Shown piece after piece: positions 57,788-64,000 of a stretch of DNA of 64,000 nt. The DNA is from Octopus vulgaris (lineage: Eukaryota). Within the stretch, counting starts at the first letter, position 1, and each line of letters starts with the position of its first letter. Below the pieces are notes generated by a model. The model was not told the origin of the DNA and ran no database searches. It saw only the letters and a program-made list of their open reading frames with translations. Position numbers and translations under genes: made by a program. The stretch covers positions 372,001 through 436,000 of the forward strand of contig OX597827.1 in NCBI GenBank assembly GCA_951406725.2, given 5' to 3'.

Positions 57788-58612
57788 CTGTTTGTGTATA
57801 TATCAGTGCAGGATCGCGCCTGTGTCTGTTTAACTCTAGCGTCTAAAAGTACTGTCACAAAAAACAGGCTGAATGTCTAGTCAGCCGTGGCAAATCGTCT
57901 GCGCCCAAACAACTGCGCCACATCGTTTCATTCTGTGCACGCATAGGATCAACCATGTCATAAATGTGAAAACAGGGTCCAGTTGTTAGTCTCACAATAG
58001 ACAACATGTATCCTTAAATTATTCAGTTTTAATATATTTCGTAATATTTCTCATTTATCGAAAAATTATTGATATTATGCTCAAGTCTTAGTTTATTAAA
58101 CTCCGTTTTCTCTTTTCTTGAAGTGTTGTTTCATATTCTCTTGAGAACAGCTGACATTTCTCAGGGAATTCTGTTATGCTAATTTCTACATACATCCTTA
58201 CGTGTGTAAACACGTATGTATGTATGTATGTATGTATGTATGTATGTATGTATGTATGTATGTATGTATGTATGTACGTATGTACGTATGAATGTATGCA
58301 TGTATGAATGTATGTATGTATGAATATATGTATTTATGTATGCATATATGTATGTATGTATAAATTTATGTATGTATGTATGTATGTATGTATGTATGTA
58401 TGTGTGTATGTATGAATGTATGTATGTATGAATATATGCATTTATGTATGCATGTATGTATGTATGTATAAATTTATGTATGTATGTATGTATGTTTGAA
58501 TGTATGTATGTATACACGTTCACTTACAAAAATATGTAACTGCATGTATATGTGCGTACATACATGCATACATACAAATGTACGAATATATACACAGCTA
58601 TTTATATATATG

Positions 58613-58735
<123 letters not shown>

Positions 58736-58769
58736 TGTGTATATGTGTGTGTGTATGAGAGAGAAAGAG

Positions 58770-58848
58770 ATCGCATGGCCTACTGGTTAAGGTGTTACAT
58801 TCAGGATCGTGAGAGAGTTGTTTCAATTCCAAGACCGGATAAATAGAT

Positions 58849-58917
<69 letters not shown>

Positions 58918-58989
58918 GTATGGCCTAGTGGTTAAGGTGTTACATTCAGGATCGCGAGAGAGTGGTTCAATTCCAAGAAAGAAAGAAAA

Positions 58990-59047
<58 letters not shown>

Positions 59048-59125
59048 GTATGGCCTAGTGGTTAAGGTGTTACACACAGGATTGCGAGAGAGTGGTTCAA
59101 TTCCTAGAGAAAGAAAGAAAGAAGA

Positions 59126-59172
<47 letters not shown>

Positions 59173-59251
59173 AATCGTATGGCCTAGTGGTTAAGGTGTT
59201 ACACTCAGGATTGCGAGAGAGTGGTTCAATTCCTAGAGAAAGAAAGAAAGG

Positions 59252-59305
<54 letters not shown>

Positions 59306-59389
59306 AATCGTATGGCCTAGTGGTTAAGGTGTTACACTCAGGATTGCGAGAGAGTGGTTCAATTCCTAGAGAAAGAAAGAAAGGAAGAA

Positions 59390-59428
<39 letters not shown>

Positions 59429-59722
59429 TCATATGGTCTAGTGGTTAAAGTGTTACACTAAGGATCACGAGATAGTGGCTTCAGTTCCTAGGCTGGATGG
59501 TACGTTGTGTTCTTGAGCGAAATTCTTATTCTCACGTTGCTCTCCAAACACTTCGACACCTGACGTGTAGTACACCGTACACCTGTTCAGGTAACGTCGA
59601 TTTGATGGAGAGAGTGAGCTAATGTACGGCGAGAACATTTGATCACAATTAACGAATCCTTTGTGCAGGTCGTTCAACAGAACCTGAACGCTCATACGTA
59701 TTCTTCGACGGGAGAGTCCATC
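58770..59722 (+). repeat. Tandem array of six tRNA-derived SINE heads separated by (GA)n, the last continuing into a SINE body
   Basis: Unit atcgtatggcctagtggttaaggtgttacac/ttcaggat.gcgagagagtggttcaattcc starts at 58770, 58915, 59045, 59174, 59307 and 59428. Confidence 0.92.
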
Positions 59723-59775
<53 letters not shown>

Positions 59776-59776
<1 letters not shown>

Positions 59777-60706
59777 TAGTAGAGATACCCGGCGTTGCCC
59801 GGTTACATTCAATTGAAGAATTAGACTTTTCTGTTATATTTTCTGAATGAACTGGAACATCTATGCTTCGAATTTTATCAAAATTGCAGATGAGGGTTAT
59901 TTCCCTCTTTACACACCCTAAAAAAATTGTAATCGTGCCACATGGAAACCAAAAGACGAATGATCACAATAAGCAGTCAGTTACCCTACCCTAGTCGTTA
60001 CCACTCCCAATGTAGGATCCCTCACCATCCAGGTGACAGGCACAGCCGTAAGATGCATTACGAATCTATAGCAATTGGAAGGGCGTGACCCAACTGAAAT
60101 CAACATTAACAACTGTGTGACGTGAGGGCTTAGGAGAAATTAAAGTGTCAACTCTGGAGTTTGCAAATGACCACTATACTGATACGTAACTGGACAGAAT
60201 GAATTTAAAATCTATAAATGTCTTTGAATAACCAGTCACTCATCTGGGAAGGCCTTGTAATCAATGTTACGATCTGGGGACTATGTGTGACCGAGTGATA
60301 ATAAAAAGACTGTAAGGAGGTCTGCAATCAAATAACTTTACTCAACACTTTGCAACTGAATCAGTGGAGACAAAGATGCCTCTCATTTACTTAACAATTT
60401 ATGCACCACATTGCAGAAATCACAATGTAAGTGTATGTCAAAGCAAACTGTTCTACTGTTGTACCATTGAATTAGAAATAATGACCAACTTTTATGCTCG
60501 GGTAACCCTACAGCTTCAAAGAGCACAACTGTATTCGTTTTTGCTTAGATAAAATGACAAAATTGTGGGTGTTAAGTCCCCATGGAGGGGTCTTTCTAAC
60601 TTTGTAACTCTTTACTCTCTTTTTACTCTTTTACTTGTTTCAGTCATTTGACTGCGGCCATGCTGGAGCACCGCCTTTTAGTCGAGCAAATCGACCCAAA
60701 CACACG

Positions 60707-60750
<44 letters not shown>

Positions 60751-61160
60751 TACGACAGGCTTCTTTCAGTTTCCGTCTACCAAATCCACTCACAAGGCAT
60801 TGGTCGGCCCGGGGCTATAGCAGAAGACAATTGCCCAAGATGCCACGCAGTGGGACTGAACCCAGAACCATGTGGTTGGTTAGCAAGCTACTTACCACAC
60901 AGCCACTCCTGCGCCTGTAAGAAAATGAAATTTTATAAATATTACTTCATTTGTGTCTAATATCTATGGTTAAAATTTCATCAATAGCAAAAATATATGA
61001 ATTGTCATGGAGGTTATGGCCCTTATGCATAGAATATAATTTCCAAATTTCATAAAGATCCATTCAGTACTTTTGACTTAGTTTTGGATCATAAAAGAAA
61101 TGACTAAAATTTGGGAGTTAGGGCTCCCATTAGGGTGTTATATATATATATATATATATA
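59776..61160 (-). mobile_element. Helitron-like element
   Basis: Minus-strand 3' end ccgggcaacgccggg hairpin then CTAG|T at 59776. The 5' end is inferred at the (TA)n near 61140-61160. Contains a family A SINE at 60607-60916. Confidence 0.65.
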
Positions 61161-61179
61161 ACACCCTAATGGGAGCCCT

Positions 61180-62157
61180 CTTTTACGGTACGTCGCCAAT
61201 CTCCACGGTTGCTGGCAACTGCTTCCTAGTTGGTAATATTGATGTTGCAGGCATTCATGTCCCTTTTGCAACCATCCTTGCATCGTAAGAACGGTCTTCC
61301 CACAGACCTAGTGCCCCTAGCAAGCTTTCCGTTGAGTATGTCCTTGGGGATTCTTCCATCTTCCATACGGCTAACATGTCGAAGCCATCTCATACATATT
61401 TGTGTGAGGAGTGTAAACATGCTTGGTATTCCTGCTTGCTTGAGGACATCTTTGTTGGGGACATGATTCTGCCATTTGATGCGAAGGATTTTCCGGAGGC
61501 AGCGCAGGTGAAACATATTTAGGCGACGTTTGGTGTCGTATGGCGTCCAAGTCTCACTTCCATACAGTAGATGCTAAGTACACATGCCTGGTAAATCTTC
61601 ATTTTTGTGGTCTTGGTCAGCTTATTGTTGTCCCATGCCCGTTTGGAGAGTTGGGCCATCACAGCAGCTGCCTTGCGTATATTGAGCTCAGTATCAAGGG
61701 ATAGGTTGTAGGTGACGGTAGAGCCAAGATAGGTAAACTTCTCCACCTCCTGTAGTCTGTGGTCTCCAATATGTATGTTTGGGATGGTCGATGTAGCCTG
61801 ACTGTTGGTTTTCTTGAGGCTGATAAATAAGCCAAAGTTGCCACATGCTTGCTCAAAGCAGTTGATGAGCCTTTGTAGGGCTTCTTCTGTGTGTGATATC
61901 AAAGCATCAGCATCAGCGAAGAGCATCTCCTTGATCAGGACGCTTCTGATTTTGGTCTTGGTAGGCAGACGCGAGAGATTGAACAGTTTCCCATCGCTTT
62001 TACTGTGCCAAAACACTACATCATTTGATTCTCAAAGGCATGTGACAGCAGCAGCGAGAAGAAGATACCAAATAATGTAGGAGCAAGGAAAAAACCTTGC
62101 TTTACCCCATTTTTTATTTGGAAGGCGGCTGATGTTGAACCATTGTGCTGTAACACT
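61180..62157 (-). mobile_element. RTE (BovB-like) LINE reverse transcriptase fragment with frameshifts
   Basis: NGVKQG..LAPTLFGIFFS, DGKLFNLSRL, EMLFAD, FGLFISLKKT, KFTYLGS, TKMKIYQACVLS, FHLRCLRKILRIKWQ, RMEDGRIPKDIL.G.L..G.R..GRP. Confidence 0.95.
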
Positions 62158-62737
62158 GGAGGAAGGAATGGAGGCTTTGACAGAAGAGTTAGAAAAGGAG
62201 AATGTGGAATTGCAAGCGGAAGAGGAAATCGTGACAACAGATAATGTGGAAAGTGGTGACGAGTTGGTGAAGGAGAAAGAAAAGGAAAGAACTGAAGAAA
62301 AAGAGGATAGAAAGCGAACACGGGTGGAATCACCACCCAAAGACCAAAAAAAGAAAAAGGCTAAAAAGAAGTCTGCCGACGAGATAGAAGGTCGAACGCA
62401 CGAAGGGAGAGATACAACAACGAAAGTGAGTGAAGATTCAACGTGGGATGAAACGGAAGAATGGAGAAGAAAAATTGAAGAACGTCTGAAAAGATGCAAG
62501 GAAGGAGGAAGATCAAAAGGAAGATATCTCAAAGCTATAATGTTGTACAAAAAGGATAAAGAAATTGAAAAAAAATTAGCGATAATGAAAAATCTAACGA
62601 GAGTGAAACTGAACCCGAAGACATACGATAACCAAATAAAGGCTGCAATTGTGGATAAAGAGACGGTAAATATAAATTTGTTTTCAAATACAGTTGTGTG
62701 CATTGCGTATTACGTTCGATATGACAGTTTGCCCTGA
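62158..62737 (+). CDS. Unidentified open reading segment of about 190 codons, Glu/Lys-rich, possibly the C-terminal part of a retroelement ORF1
   Basis: Stop-free and not a microsatellite translation. NLS-like KRTRVESPPKDQKKKKAKK. Followed by (GGGGT)n and AATAAA. No family recognised. Confidence 0.4.
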
Positions 62738-63235
62738 GTTATAGAACAGGAGGAATTACTCGCTTACATTACGGACGAACGCCCCAGATAGTACAATTGT
62801 AATCGTAAATGAAACTGCGAGCTTTGGGGTGGGGTGGGGTGGGGTGGGGCTCGTAAGCCATTTCATTTAATTCATTATTAATATTTCATTTCATATCATC
62901 CTTTCTGTATTTTCGTTATATGTACCCCATTTCCTGTATTGTATTGTTATGTCCCCTCTTCATTCGGGCCATTGTGCCTATAATAAAGATTCCTGTCACT
63001 TATTCATCGATACTCAAAAACTGAACTTTCACCAACTGAATACTCACCATGTAGTGCCTTAATGCTTTTTGATGGATTTTACCTCGAGAAAGGAACCCTG
63101 AGAAAGGAGGGCTGAATTTCGAATACCTCGTACAACCACTTTTCTTAAACGGCTGCAGGTTAGGAAAAAAATTTTAATCGCCTCTTTCAATTTTTTTTTT
63201 CATGTTTATATTCGTATTTCATTGTTATGTTTATA

Positions 63236-63800
63236 TTGGGTTGTCCGGAAAGTTCGTTCCGATTTTTAAAGGAAAGTAAAGGTCACTAAATACTTGCCAT
63301 TACATTTTTAATGAACCAAATCTGAACCATTTCGTTGCACAATACGTCTCCATCTTTCCTTTACCTTGAAAATATCCTCTTCCCAGAATTGGGGTGGTTT
63401 CAAGGCAAAGGATTCGTCATGGTATCTTTTTACGTCATCTAAGGAATTGAAATTTTTACCATTAAGACTATTCTGCAGAGACCTGAATAAGTGGAATTCT
63501 GAAGGAGCAATATCTGGTGAATATGGAGGGTGGGGTAACACATCCCAGTCGAGCTGCAGCAATTTTTGTCCGGTTCCCAAAGCATCAAGTGCCGAAAATG
63601 AACTTTCTCATCTTTTATTTTAAAGGGTTACAGAATTAACACAGGTTATAGGAACATAAACCTTCTTCCACGAAAAGATAGCTTAAACTGTGCTCTAAAT
63701 GGGGGTGTAGTCAAATCCTATTTTATGGACTCAAACATGTTCTGAAATAAGTCGAAAGATAAGCTACTATAAATCGGCACGAACTTTCCGGACAACCCAA
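63236..63800 (-). mobile_element. Internally deleted mariner element with both TIRs and TA duplications
   Basis: TA-ttgggttgtccggaaagttcgttccgattt / aaatcggcacgaactttccggacaacccaa-TA. Encodes WDVLPHPPYSPDIAPSEFHLFRSLQN, and the N-terminal DEKVHFRH is joined directly to the C-terminus. Confidence 0.95.
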
Positions 63801-64000
63801 TATTTCTATATTTTTATCATGAAACTCTTAACATAAACATGTGTATATTCGTATGGAATAATACCTCATGTGCTACATCTGAATTTTCTTGTCTGAATGT
63901 TTTAAGACAAATATCAGAAATTTTTATCGTATACCACATTTTATTAATACTTAGCTCATATACGGAGACAAAAATATTGTACTATATACTGCAGGTTATC

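Noticed and set aside
58770-59490. tRNA gene cluster
   Set aside because: No acceptor stem closure or clean anticodon arm, and the last unit runs into a SINE body.

Overview
AT-rich eukaryotic intronic/intergenic DNA saturated with microsatellites ((TA)n, (CA)n, (TACA)n, (GA)n, trinucleotide runs) and transposon debris. The SINE families and repeat texture suggest a coleoid cephalopod, probably Octopus (inference). No intact host gene is recognisable, and nearly all ORFs in the supplied track are translations of simple repeats. The real coding remnants are transposon-derived: a 5'-truncated Penelope-like element (RT C-terminus plus GIY-YIG), two RTE LINE fragments (one with C-terminal C2H2 fingers), three R4/Dong-like endonuclease fragments, mariner and hAT remnants, and Helitron-like elements. 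The most notable structures are four type I hammerhead ribozyme motifs all on the + strand, a 494-bp inverted repeat with one visible mismatch, a 40-copy 18-bp array with two interspersed variants, six tandem tRNA-derived SINE heads, and a candidate microexon/terminal exon pair near 20.5-20.8 kb. All calls were made by eye; boundaries of degenerate elements are approximate.
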